The translations under genes were made by a program, and so were the position numbers. Under the pieces are notes generated by a model. It was not told the origin of the DNA, searched no databases, and saw only the letters and a list, made by a program, of their open reading frames with translations. Of a DNA stretch of 64,000 bases, positions 24,510 to 36,900 are shown one piece after another (the first letter of the stretch is position 1; each line of letters opens with the position of its first letter). Source of the stretch: Ylistrum balloti (taxonomy: Eukaryota); the NCBI RefSeq assembly GCF_031769215.1, contig NW_026782257.1, forward strand, positions 1 through 64,000, given 5' to 3'.

Positions 24510-25540
24510 TGATGAGTAGACCTATTGTTATTGTTCTGTTTCTTATCATTATTTTACTTATCCTTCTTCCATGATTGTGTGGCATCTAAATTTCCGAATT
24601 GGTAAGAGATATGTTTAAAGTCTTCTAAAAGTCTCTTATTATTACTCCAGAAGAAGCAAATAGCCATCCAGGTCACAGTTGCCTCATTAGATATTTGTTA
24701 AATTAGCTGATAATCAAACAAGAGAGTGGTTATATATGTGAATAGGGTGCCATGTCTGCTAAGCAAGTGTCATAAAAAACTTTATCATTCCTTTGAAAGA
24801 AGTGTGGAAAGCAATCCACGAAACTGTTTGAAGAATTCGGCCAATCAGGTAAGAATACTATTATTACATATGCATGGAATTCATGGTTGATGGAACTTGA
24901 ATGAGCAAGCAAGTTTCATCAAAATTCATTTGTTCCTTCAAAATATAACACGTGGAAACCATTCAATAAGGGTGGTTAAAGATTTCAGCCAATCAGGTCA
25001 CAGTAGCCTCATCAAATATGCGCAGAATTTGCCGATAATCACACCAGAAAATGGGGTTAAGGTAACAAGTCTACCTAGTAAATCTCGTAATTAATTTGTT
25101 CCTTCAAAAGATAATGTGCGGAAAGTATTTAGTTAAGTGTTCCAAAAGATATCAACCAATCAGATCACAGCAGCCTCGTAAAATATGCATAGAATTGTCC
25201 AATAATTGAACCTGAACAAGGAAATAAGGTAATAAGAAAGTTTCCTAAAAATCTTATCATTCCTTCTTAAGATACTGTGCAGAAAGATTTCCTAAAAAGT
25301 AATTAAAGAAATCAGTCAATGAGGTCACAGCAGCCTCTTTAAATATGTGCAGAATTCGCCATTAACTGAACATGGGTAAGGGATTAAGGCATCAAGTGTA
25401 CCAACCAAGTTTCATCCAAATCTGACCATTCTCCAAATATATCATGCGGAAAGCAGCATACAGATTGACAAAAGGACGGACAGACAGAGGGATGGGTTGA
25501 ACCTATCTGAATATCCCCTGCCAACTTTGTTAGGCAGTAA
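24510..25540. mobile_element. Non-autonomous element with a ~160-166-bp degenerate internal tandem array and GACGGACAGACAGA microsatellite
   Basis: CCAATCAGGTCACAG-like core at ~24665, 24841, 24990, 25156 and 25317; terminal hairpin CTGCCAACTTTGTTAGGCAG at ~25518-25537. Confidence 0.55.
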
Positions 25541-28500
25541 ATAAAAAAAATTGACAATAAAATATCATTTCAAGGTTGCATATGAAAATAAAAATACAAA
25601 TGTACATGAAAAGTCTTAAAGAATTCAAATGGATTTTACAAACACAGAGATTAATGGTTTGAAATGCACATAGTCGTTAAACAATCACGATAAAAGCACA
25701 CCTGGTTTCCTGTTTACCTGATTTCCTGTTTACCTGATTTCTGATTTAAGGCTCGATCAGGTTGAAGGGTCCCAATTATGGAATGAAAATTACAACTTTA
25801 TTTTTTTTATGTACTTGTGATATTTGCTCAATACAATGCATGCATATAATATTTAAAAAGGGTTGTTTAAATTTTATCACATTGGAAAGTTTTATCCCAC
25901 TCAACTTGAGTGAAGGCATAAAAAGGGCAGTTCAAAATAACATACCTATATATAAATGTGTACCTTCTTGATCAAACTTTAGGCAGTGACTATTCATTTT
26001 AGAGTACATTCCAGGTTAATTTTAAGCTGACAATGCAGAACCGAATCACTAAAAATGCCTGTAGATTTAGTGTATTTAAGGGCGAATCAAACACTAACTG
26101 TGCAAAAATAGTTTCTTTAAAAAGACTTGAAAGTTTCAGGATTTGAAGATGAATATATAACAATGGCTGCTCGACAATGAAAAAGAGTTATTTATTACTT
26201 GACGTCATTTGGTTTATACACTAAAAAGGCACTTGTACATGACCTGGAATCCAGCCCTGTATTGGGGAGGTTTAAAGCTATTGAGGGCTGACAGAGTGTG
26301 AGCTCTACATTACACACATCTAGACCAGGAAGTTGCTGAACATAATCACAGCCAGCTATACCAGGTCAATGATATACAGTACATGTTGACAACAGATAAC
26401 CTAGTGTGAGGTTGTACAGTACAATTTAGGACAAATTTCTTAATATAATCGTGTTTTATCTTATTTCTATCTATATTTCATACTAATCTGTTTCCATTTA
26501 TCAGCCTGACAAATTGGAACATGTTTATGAAATAACGGCTGATCTGATCTTATTTGATTTTCTGGCAAGATTCAGTTGAGCCTTTAAAGGCTTGTATTAA
26601 TATTTGCAAGTCCATTCCCATTTATGCCTGAAATGTTCCATTTTAAGTGATGCTGAATTGGTTTATCAGCACCCATCAATAGACCCCTGTACATGTGTAC
26701 ATTAATTGTAAACCAATCAATAAGTTAGGGTATTCATATATTTATATAGATATTACAATTGGTTCTATAATATATTGCAAATACATTTGAATAAATATAC
26801 AACTAAAAATGAATGATCCTGTTTAAAGCCTTTTCCTATGGACTTTTATGGGATTGATTAATGAGGCATAAAAATCTTATATCTGGTATTTCATGCATAT
26901 GATTCTTAAAACTTCCAACTTATTCTTGGCCTTCCCAAACAGGTTAATTTTCTTCCTAAAGTAAGAAAAAAAGTCTCCCTTATATTCATTTCAGTTACTA
27001 CAGAGTGACAAGTGATTACATACGTTTCTTAATCTGTACATTTTATTTTTATCATTTTCTTGCCTGATTCATTCGACAGAAAAAAAAAAGTGTATGATGC
27101 GTTTACAATTTTTGTTGGAAATTTTTCTGATGAGTATAGATCAGTGCACCATTTCCATATTTTGATGAGTCCAGTTACAAAGAGATATAGCGAGATTACA
27201 AAATTTGAGCAAGTCCTACAGCAAAAGCATGTGTCCGGGTCTCAAATACATATATACGTATATAGGAGTCCCTAAAATCATTGAAAAGCCAAATTTTTAA
27301 TTATTTCAGTCCCAAAAATCATTTACACACATATCTTTTACAGTCAATAAAACAATATTTTGATACCATAAAATAAATACATGTATGAATCAATTATATA
27401 TTTTTTTGGTGAATGAAATATAATATCTGTGAAATGACAGAAAATTAATGTGTTTACTCTGCAGATGGCTGACCACAGACCATTACTTGCTTACTTTATT
27501 TCTGTTGCTCCTGAGAGGTTTAATGTTGCTAACGGTATTTATATAACCATAGATTAGGTAGTGCTATTTAAATTTAAAGAGCCTATAGACCTCCTTGTGA
27601 ACAAAGGAGAATGGAAAAGTTTGTTGAAGGAGAAAAACAGGATGCAAATACATAATTTATGTATTGTCTGTATACTAACTTATACAGACATAATCATTAT
27701 ATCCTTGTTACAAATCGCCATTATTTATATGTACAGAGTATTTGAAAAATAAGACCAAAGCTTAATGTAGTTCTGTCATTTAAATGAAATAACTATATTA
27801 CCTTATGATATATTTGAGGTGAAATTTTAACACTTAATCAGTTGACGAGCTTACTATACTTACATGAGGCACATGGGTCTTAACATCTAACTATATAGAG
27901 CAATCTCATACAGTACAACAGCATTAGGAGAAAAAGATATCAAATGATTTTAGCAGTAAAGCCAAACAAACACTTCTCATTTCAATTACCTTCCCACAAA
28001 ATTTCAGCGGAATGGCACCAGTGGAGTCACAAAGTTTATCAAGATTGTGGCCATATTGGATGTCGGATCAACCCCAAAAAATTCAACACAATGATAAACA
28101 AAACATGATGGCTATATATAGGACACCCTGACCCTTTTAGATGCTAAAGGAATTTTTTCTTATTTACATATATACACTTTTTGTGCTATGAAAATAAAAA
28201 CAAAGGTTACATTATCATAACAATTTATTCAGTTATAAACAGTATATGATCACATTGACTTGTGAATCTGATTCACACTACAACCTGGACTGTGATAAGA
28301 GCAATCTCATACAGTGCAAGTGTTTGTAATATTCATCTGTGGTAGCTAAATGTATACCTGTCTTGTTTTGATACCACAGAGAGTTACATATGGTGCTATT
28401 TGCAAAAGTAGCACCTAGCATCCATTAAAACAGTCTGTAGACCTAGTTTCATCTCATAATAAAGTAAACATCTTGTTCACAGGTGTGCTAATCATCTGCC

Positions 28501-31500
28501 ATACAAAGTCTAAAATACACTGAAGTCTATTTTACAATAAGTAAGCCCCGTTGGCTTCCACAAGTAACCTTTACTCAAAGTGTGAGGTATAGACTTATTA
28601 TAGACCAAAGGTATCTGTGTACACATAATACAAATGATATATTGTACATAAGTATGAGCTGAAAATAACATTGAAACAAGGCAAATGAACATAAACTCAA
28701 AGAAAAATTACTACAAATTTTAGGGTAATTTCTGGAAACCAAATGTCATAATGTGTACCAGTAATTCCTTGTATAAAATACCCGTTTCCGAAAGTTAACA
28801 CTATTAGAAAATAAAATTGATGTGGTTTTCTTTTTAACTGAATTTTTGTACCTATTCTTCATTTCATTTAGACTCTCATCTAATTTTTCGTCATTTTCAG
28901 CAATTTATTTCAAATGCCCTAATATTTTAGTGTTGATATATAAATCATTCTACATGCAAGATATGTGTGAACAAATATAGTTACACGTGGGATATATACA
29001 CATGTAGTTACCAAGAGTACTCTTCACAGGGCAGAACAAAATACAGTGTACACTATGTCAGACAAAAACATAAGATCACACCGAAATTAATACTTAGTTG
29101 AGGTCACCCACTGTCAGAGAGAAACGTTAAGATAACATCCAAATAAACACATATACGATAAGGCAGTACAACATACACTTTAGGATCACCCTGTGTCAGA
29201 GAGAAATGTAAGATCCCACCAAAATCAACATGGAAATAATACATTAAAGATCAAATCTAAATGCCACTGAAAAAGCACAATTTCTTTATAATTAAGCCTA
29301 CAAAGTTTGAAAGAAATCAGTTGAAAACCGATGGTGATTAACGGGTACAGAAAAAAAGTTGAAAAGATTAAAAGGGCATTAACTCTTTCAAAACTCAATG
29401 TGTCAAATTGCCACAGAAGAAAATATTTACAATTTGTGATTATCAAGCATATCAAGATTTAAAGTAGTATATATTATGCTACACTGTTATTCTTTTCAAA
29501 TATATGCCTCTACAAGGATCATCCTAATACATGTGACTAACAATGACAAAATAAGCATGAAATTGAACAGAAAATATATGTATTATGTCTAAACTCAAGT
29601 CTTTTTTGCACATGGCCAACACCCTTTAATATTTAAATATCAGATGACATGAAAGACATGGCACAATATGAGAACACTCAACCTGACGGCATAAATATCA
29701 TTTAAAGATAAGTTGGTCACAAATTTATCTTAAAGGATGGTAAAGAGATATATTATGGTGTTTACAAATGTAAATAAAAGTCTTGATAATGTCTGAATGG
29801 TATTGAGTGTAACTTCAAACCACTGTTAAGCTGGGGCAGAGTAAATTTTTGTCATTCATCTGAAGGGAGGTGGCACCATTTGGTGTCTTCTACCTGTCAA
29901 TGACTTTGTTAATATGACTTTTCTGTCACTAAGTGACCTGTTGTTTTGTTTTTTGTACTTTTAATGATCTTACGGATAACTTCTTCCAACCACCAATCAT
30001 TCTTTTGTTTTGTGTTCCAAACAACAACTTGATTGTGTATACTCAGATTTAAACTTTCTTACAGATTAAATCAATCTTTATACTTATGGGGTTACTTTTT
30101 TAAACTAACTGCTATAGTAGTGTCCTGTTAACTGTCACTACTTAAGAAAAATACAGGAAATCTCCAGACAAAATTGGGATAAAAATGGCAAGGGAAAAAA
30201 CTTGTTAAAAAAAAGTTTAATCATAATGTCACTCAGGAAGCCATCAGCCCATGGAAGTTGTTAAAAACAGAGGGAGGTCTCCAGAAAAGATTAAGGTTAT
30301 GAAGTAAACAAGAGCCAGTTACTTACTGTACCAAAAACAATTGAATCAAAGTGTTGTTCAGAAAATATGCCTCCATGTCATGGTGATCAACAAGCCTACC
30401 AAGCTTCATGGTAAAGACCTGTGACAGATCACTATACCCACTCAAAATAAAAATTTATAGGAGACAGACAAGGCCATACTATATGTCTTATCGAAATTTG
30501 AACATCAGAGTACTAGAAGTCTTAACTGAGGGTTTGGATGAAAGCCAATATATTATAGCTAGCTATTAAAGAAAAGAAAACTTGTCACAGTGGTTAGGTA
30601 TTTCTGCTACAAATAGTTAAAACCCTAGCAGGGTAAGGCTTTTTTCATTACTCCTTCCTATTACAGCTTTGGTACTGCTCACCATCCTATGAATATACGC
30701 AGAAGCTAGCAAATGAAATGCTTTCATGGATATGTCGAAAGTGGATTGTGGATGTCTTTGAGGTTTAAAACTTTGTGAAGGAGAGACTAGTGAGTAGTTT
30801 TGAATATGGGCTGCTTTACTGCACTGTGTAGTGAAACTGGACTCTGTAAATTTTCAGTGACCAGGTAGCTACATTGGTACAACATCCTTCCAGAGTTTGG
30901 AAACTCGGTATGGCCACACGTTTTTCTGTTCCTATTAGATTCGTTGCTTTTGACCAACCCGAAAATGTTTAAAGTAGTTGAATGCTTTACAAGGGGATAT
31001 TTCAACTTAGATTGTAAATAGTTGTTTCTTCAGGGGTAAAGCATTGAGAAAGGAGGAGAAACGCAGAACTAAACTACCTGGGTCGATTGTCAGCAGATCC
31101 TACTTGAATTCAAGGTATGAATCCTAATCTATCTGTGCATTTCCTGCTCCTATTACACATGTAAGCTTTGATAATAGGAAATCCTCGTTAGCAAATGTTG
31201 TGATGTCCAGCTAAAGACCAAACAGTCCCTAGTTCAAACCCCAGTGAGGGCTAGGTATGCTTTTCATTACTCCTTTCTATAACATATCTAACGTCTAGTG
31301 TATATGTAAGAGCCTGGCGAAACTTGGCTTTACAATGTAAATGTTACAAGTTGTTGCTAATACAAAACATCACAGAAATTAATCCACTGTGTGTGTTAGT
31401 TAGATGGGGCATGGGTTGTATGTACAATAAACAATGTAAATATCATATATTAAATCTCGTAAAAGTTATTGAAACAGGATACAGTAAGTTGTATAACTAC

Positions 31501-31852
31501 AGTATGTAAATATTTAACTTTCTTGAAATTATGGATGTACTTAAAACAGGAGATATTTCAGCAAATTTGTCAATAACATTTACCGACAATTTGCGTTTAT
31601 TTAAAAAAAAAAGGAGTATTGTTTTATAAAGTACATTACTACAATACACATAATTTTGTCAGTAAGCCGATGGACAATATACAATGTGTTGATTTATTTG
31701 ACACCAACAGGTTACTGTTGTTTTTCTCGGTCAAGGACGACCTTGTTTGCTGAATTACACCAAAGTCTTTCTTCAAAATAAAAACACATGCGATGACAGT
31801 ATTAATAAAGTACAAAGAATTGGTATACGTCATAAGTTAAAATGATACTCAC

Positions 31853-32500
31853 TTATCAAGGTGGCGTAGGGCCAGGGATGGAAGAAAAATCGTCTCCAAC
31901 TCATGTACTGAAAACACAAATTCCTGTGTACGCCTCGTTTCTCGTCCTAACGTGTTTACAGGACAGGAAAGTATAGTCCAAAGACATTCCGAGTGGTGAT
32001 CGGGCAAAATTAAAATCGTTGGACGGATAAATATCCGTAATAATACCAGACGATATATATATATATATTGATATTTGTTAAAACGTAGTCACGTTTGAAA
32101 TATTCTACATGGTAATATAAAGTAAATTGATATATTTCTAATCACGCTTTTTAATGGAATTAACATATTTTTTGTTATAATTTTGTCATTAATAGAATAT
32201 GAAAGTACGAGTTATGTCCCCTTCTATGATTGCAACAGATTGCTTGGCCCAAACAGCAAGTAAGGAATAGGTAAGTAAACATACTCTTATTTCCCTGTTG
32301 CATAGTTGCACATCATCTTATGTAAATAAAGATGGCTACAATTTTTGTTGCTTCAGGGAAAATATTTACAAACATTGTCATTTCCAATATTTCAACAAAG
32401 AGGAAGGAGATAACATAATTGACCTACATATTATTCTTGACCACAGCAGTGACGTATATATCACATATATATATATACGTCTCAGACCACAGGTAGGTCT
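31853..32500. promoter_or_regulatory. Probable head-to-head promoter region: non-coding first exon of the PDZ-Roc gene (minus, donor after 31853) and of the dehydratase gene (plus, candidate donors 32271 or 32493)
   Basis: Local CpG enrichment. Minus-strand donor ATAA|GTGAGT; plus-strand donors ATAG|GTAAGT and ACAG|GTAGGT. Both genes have acceptor sites just upstream of their ATG (22284 and 33925). Confidence 0.45.
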
Positions 32501-32819
32501 TCTTGTGGAAATGAGTCAGGTGATTTTATTCCAATTAAATATAGTAAAAGGCCAAATTATCACACACACACAGTCGTGAAGTGATAAAGAATGCTCTCAA
32601 TTTTGTTTGATTTTTTGGGAAATGAATTACCACACTTTCAAGAACTGGGGCCAGATAATTTCAAAAGTGCAAATATAACTGTGACTCACAAACATTTAGC
32701 TTCCTCAAAAGAAAAAAAAAAAACTTGGGAAATATGTGAGTCATTGTTTGTACTCTTGAAATTGCACAGGTCTTCAAGTACCTGTGTCCAGCTGACAGCC
32801 CAATAGGTCCTGAGGGAGT

Positions 32820-33437
32820 CTGTCTAGTCTAGTCTAATTTGTTACGTAACTATTGAAGAATAGTGTTAGTCTGGGCCTAATAAGTTGTGTGGGCTGAAAA
32901 TCTAGCCTACTTTGTTATGTAACTGTTGAAGAATGTTGCTAGTCTGGGTCTAATATGTTATGAGGGCTGCAAGTCTAGTCTACCTTGTTATGTCACTATT
33001 GAATGTTGCTAGTCTGGGTCTAATATGTTGTGAGGGCTGCAAGTCTAGTCTACTTTGTTTATGTCACTATTGAAGAATGTTGCTAGTCTGGGTCTAATAT
33101 GTTATGAGGGCTGCAAGTCTAGTCTACCTTGTTATGTCGCTATTGAAGAATGTTGCTAGTCTGGGTCTAATATGTTATGAGGGCTGCAAGTCTAGTCTAC
33201 CTTGTTATGTCACTATTGAAGAATGTTGTTAGTCTGGGTCTAATATGTTATGAGGGCTGCAAGTCTAGTCTACCTTGTTATGTCACTATTGAAGAATGTT
33301 GCTAGTCTGGGCCTAATATGTTGTGAGGGCTGCAAGTCTAGTCTACCTTGTTATGTAACTATTGAAGAATGTTGCTAGTCTGGGCCTAATATGTTGTGAG
33401 GGCTGCAAGTCTAGTCTACTTTGTTATGTAACTATTG
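32820..33437. repeat. 73-bp minisatellite, ~8 copies
   Basis: AGTCTACC at 33121/33194/33267. Confidence 0.9.
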
Positions 33438-33639
33438 CAGGGGTATTTTTAAGCGCCATCTTTTATTTGACACACTTGTACATTTTATGTCCATTGGCTT
33501 TGTGAGATTTGATTAGGTCTGTTTTGATGTCCAATGTTAGTTTTGATATTTTACTGTGATGTCCTATTTGATATCCTATATCAAATCATTCCAGTGTCTT
33601 ATGCCTCATATTAATTTGTTGTCTGCTACCTTACTCTAT

Positions 33640-33875
33640 GTTTGACATTTTCTGCCCTACATTGGAAATTGTCTTATGTGCTGTCTACATTCAAAGATGT
33701 CTGATTTTCTGTCCTGCATGGTAAGATGTCTGATTTGCTGTCCTACATTGAAAGATGCCTAATTTGCTGTTCTATATTGGAAGAAGTCTGATTTGCTGTT
33801 CTACATTTAAAGTTGCCTAATTTGCTCTCCTACATTTCCAGATTTCTGATTTCCTGTCCTACATTATAAAATGTA
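33640..33875. repeat. Degenerate 29-bp tandem repeat, ~8 copies
   Basis: GATGTCTGAT at 33696/33725 and further diverged copies. Confidence 0.7.
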
Positions 33876-33972
33876 TAAATGTTTGCTTCACTGATGAAGG
33901 TATTGTTGTTTCAATGTTTTGCAGATTTCTGCCGTTTTTGATGTCCTGACAAAGTGACCTTACAGCTTGACC

Positions 33973-36900
33973 ATGCCATCTGAACAAGGTCTGATCACAC
34001 TGGAAGATGTCCGAAAGGCTAGAGAGGTGTTGGCCAATAGCTCGCTTGGTGTATGCAAAACACCATTGATAAAGAATACAAACATGTTCCCAGGCCTAGA
34101 GAATGCTGAAGTGTACCTCAAACTGGAAAACATGCAGACAACTGGTAAACTGTACTTGCCTATTTAGCCTTCTTTCTCAGAGATATGTGGAATTCAACTA
34201 ATTAGTAACACAAATGCCTCATACTGGCTGTCCTTTGTGGGTGTTAATAAAAATCTTTAGAAAATTCAGTACCTGAAACACAGATTGAAATTTACTTGAA
34301 TTCAAAGCATCCTCAGGTGAATTTTATCTTATTTTCGATCTGATTAAAATACAGATTTTAATTTACCACTCAAATACTTTCCTTTCATTAAAGACAGAAA
34401 GCCCTGGAGTGGTAAATTAAGATCTAGATTTTAATCAGATTGATCCTATTTTCATCCTAGAAATACAAAAATATGCTGAAAATAATTCATTTTATTTTAA
34501 AACACCTTCCAGATCTCTCATTGAACAAAAGTTTTCTCTTTGGAGGTAATCAAATTTACTGAAAAAAACTGGAGATTGAATAGTTATAATGCCATTGTAT
34601 GTCTACAAGTTTACCTTCATTGCCTTAATTACAGGTTCTTTTAAGATCCGTGGTGTAGCTAGTCAGATGGCAATTATACCAGATGATGTTAAGAGGAGAG
34701 AGAAAAAACTAATCACAATATCTGCAGGGAATTATGGGAAGGCATTTGCTTATGCCCTAAATAAGTTGAATCTTTCTGGACTCTGTTTGATGCCTTTAAC
34801 AGCACCTTCAAGTCGAGTCCAGCTTATCAAGGTAATATGCCTCCTGACTATCTTAAACACTGACAATTGCTAAGAATGATATTATAATATCAAGTAGATA
34901 AAGCGTGATATTATTTCCCATTTCAAAAGAATTTTATGGAAGATTAATTAGTGTTAAATAGTTGTAACATAAATGGATAGTTTTAGGTGTGATATTTTAA
35001 TCATTATTGTGGTAATAGCTTGATCGAATAAGATAAAAAAAAATATATTTCATGCAATAAATGTGTAATGTTATGAAATGGTTCATAAGCACCATCTGTC
35101 TTATATAAGATAACTGTCTTTAAAAGACTGGTTGTTTACAATATACATATCAGCCATTTGTAAGAAAGTATCTAGATAGTCTCAATATCTGCCTGTATAT
35201 TGACCTCCTTTAGTAAAGACCTCATGTATATAGACATCCTTTAGTAAAGACCTCATGTATATAGACATCCTTTAGTAAAGATCTCATGTATATAGATATC
35301 CTTTAGTAAAGACCTCATGTATATAGACATCCTTTAGTAAAGATCTCATGTATATAGACATCCTATAGTAAAGCTCTCGTGTATATAGACATCCTTTAGT
35401 AAAGACCTCGTGTATATAGACATCCTTTAGTAAAGATCTCATGTATATAGATATCCTTTAGTAAAGACCTCTTGTATATAGACATCCTTTAGTAAAGATC
35501 TCATGTATATAGATATCCTTTAGTAAAGATCTCATGTATATAGACATCCTTTAGTAAAGATCTCATGTATATAGACATCCTTTAGTAAAGACCTCATGTA
35601 TATAGACATCCTTTAGTAAAGACCTCATGTATATAGACATCCTTTAGTAAAGATCTCATGTATATAGACATCCTTTAGTAAAGATCTCATGTATATAGAC
35701 ATCCTTTAGTAAAGATCTCCTGTATATAGACATCCTTTAGTAAAGATCTCATGTATATAGACATCCTTTAGTAAAGATCTCATGTATATAGACATCCTTT
35801 AGTAAAGACCTCGTGTATATAGACATCCTTTAGTAAAGACCTCATGTATATAGACATCCTTTAATAAAGATCTCATTTAGGTTAGCCTGAGGATAATTAG
35901 GTATGTCCAGTCTGAGTGGGCTAGCTGTATCTGAAACTAAGTTGTTGGCTGTCACATGTTTTCAGCATGATACAAGAACAGCTTTAAGTGGAATTCATTT
36001 ATTACCTTTTTTCATATTTTGTTTCACTTTTAAACTTTGCATTTTAAGCTCTGTTTGAAACATTTTGCACATCTAGTACAGATGCCCACCCTAAACTTCC
36101 CTTTCTTGTTATTTTTGTAGTTTTATTACGTATCTAGGAACATTATTAAGTAAACTGATCAATAATTAAGGTAAGAAACATCAGTTGGGCTTCATTTTAT
36201 TTAACTACATCGGGAAAAGAATTAAAGACTTCCAGACTTTGCCAGTATACATTGCTAGACTGCTCTGCTCTGCATGTTAAATTGATACTAAATATATATA
36301 TAAGTTTGTAATAATAACAACCATGCAAGTTAACCATCTTGCAAATGATCCCCTCCCTCTATTCCAGGGTAACAGAGGTAGATCATCTCCCCTCCAGTGA
36401 TTTACCTGTCATGGTAGAAATCCCCTCTTTCTATTCCAGAGTTACAGATTTAGAACATCTCCACACCTGTGATTTACCTGTGGTGATAGCAATCCCCTCC
36501 CTGTATTCCAGGGTGACAGAGGTAGAACATCTCCCCACCAGTGATTTAATTGTCTATATATATAGTGATGCCCTCCCGCTATTCCAAAGTCACAGAGGTA
36601 GAACATCTCCCTACCTGTGATTTACCTGTTGTGATAATGATCCCCTCCCTCTGTTCCATGGTTACAGAGGTAGAACATCTCCACACCAGTGATTTACCTG
36701 TGGTGATAGCAATCCCCTTCCTCTATTCCAGGGTTACAGAGGTAGAACATCTCCCCACCTGTGATTTACCTGTTGTGGTAGCGACCCCTCCATCTATTCC
36801 ATGGTGACAGAGGTAGAACATCCCCCCACCTGTGATTTACTTGTCATGATAGTGATACTGTCCTTTATCTCCCCACCTGTGATTTACCTGTCATGATAAT

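Noticed and set aside
31221-31285. tRNA gene (B-box-like AGTTCAAACC); related sequence at ~30590-30665
   Set aside because: No cloverleaf can be formed; at most a decayed SINE fragment.
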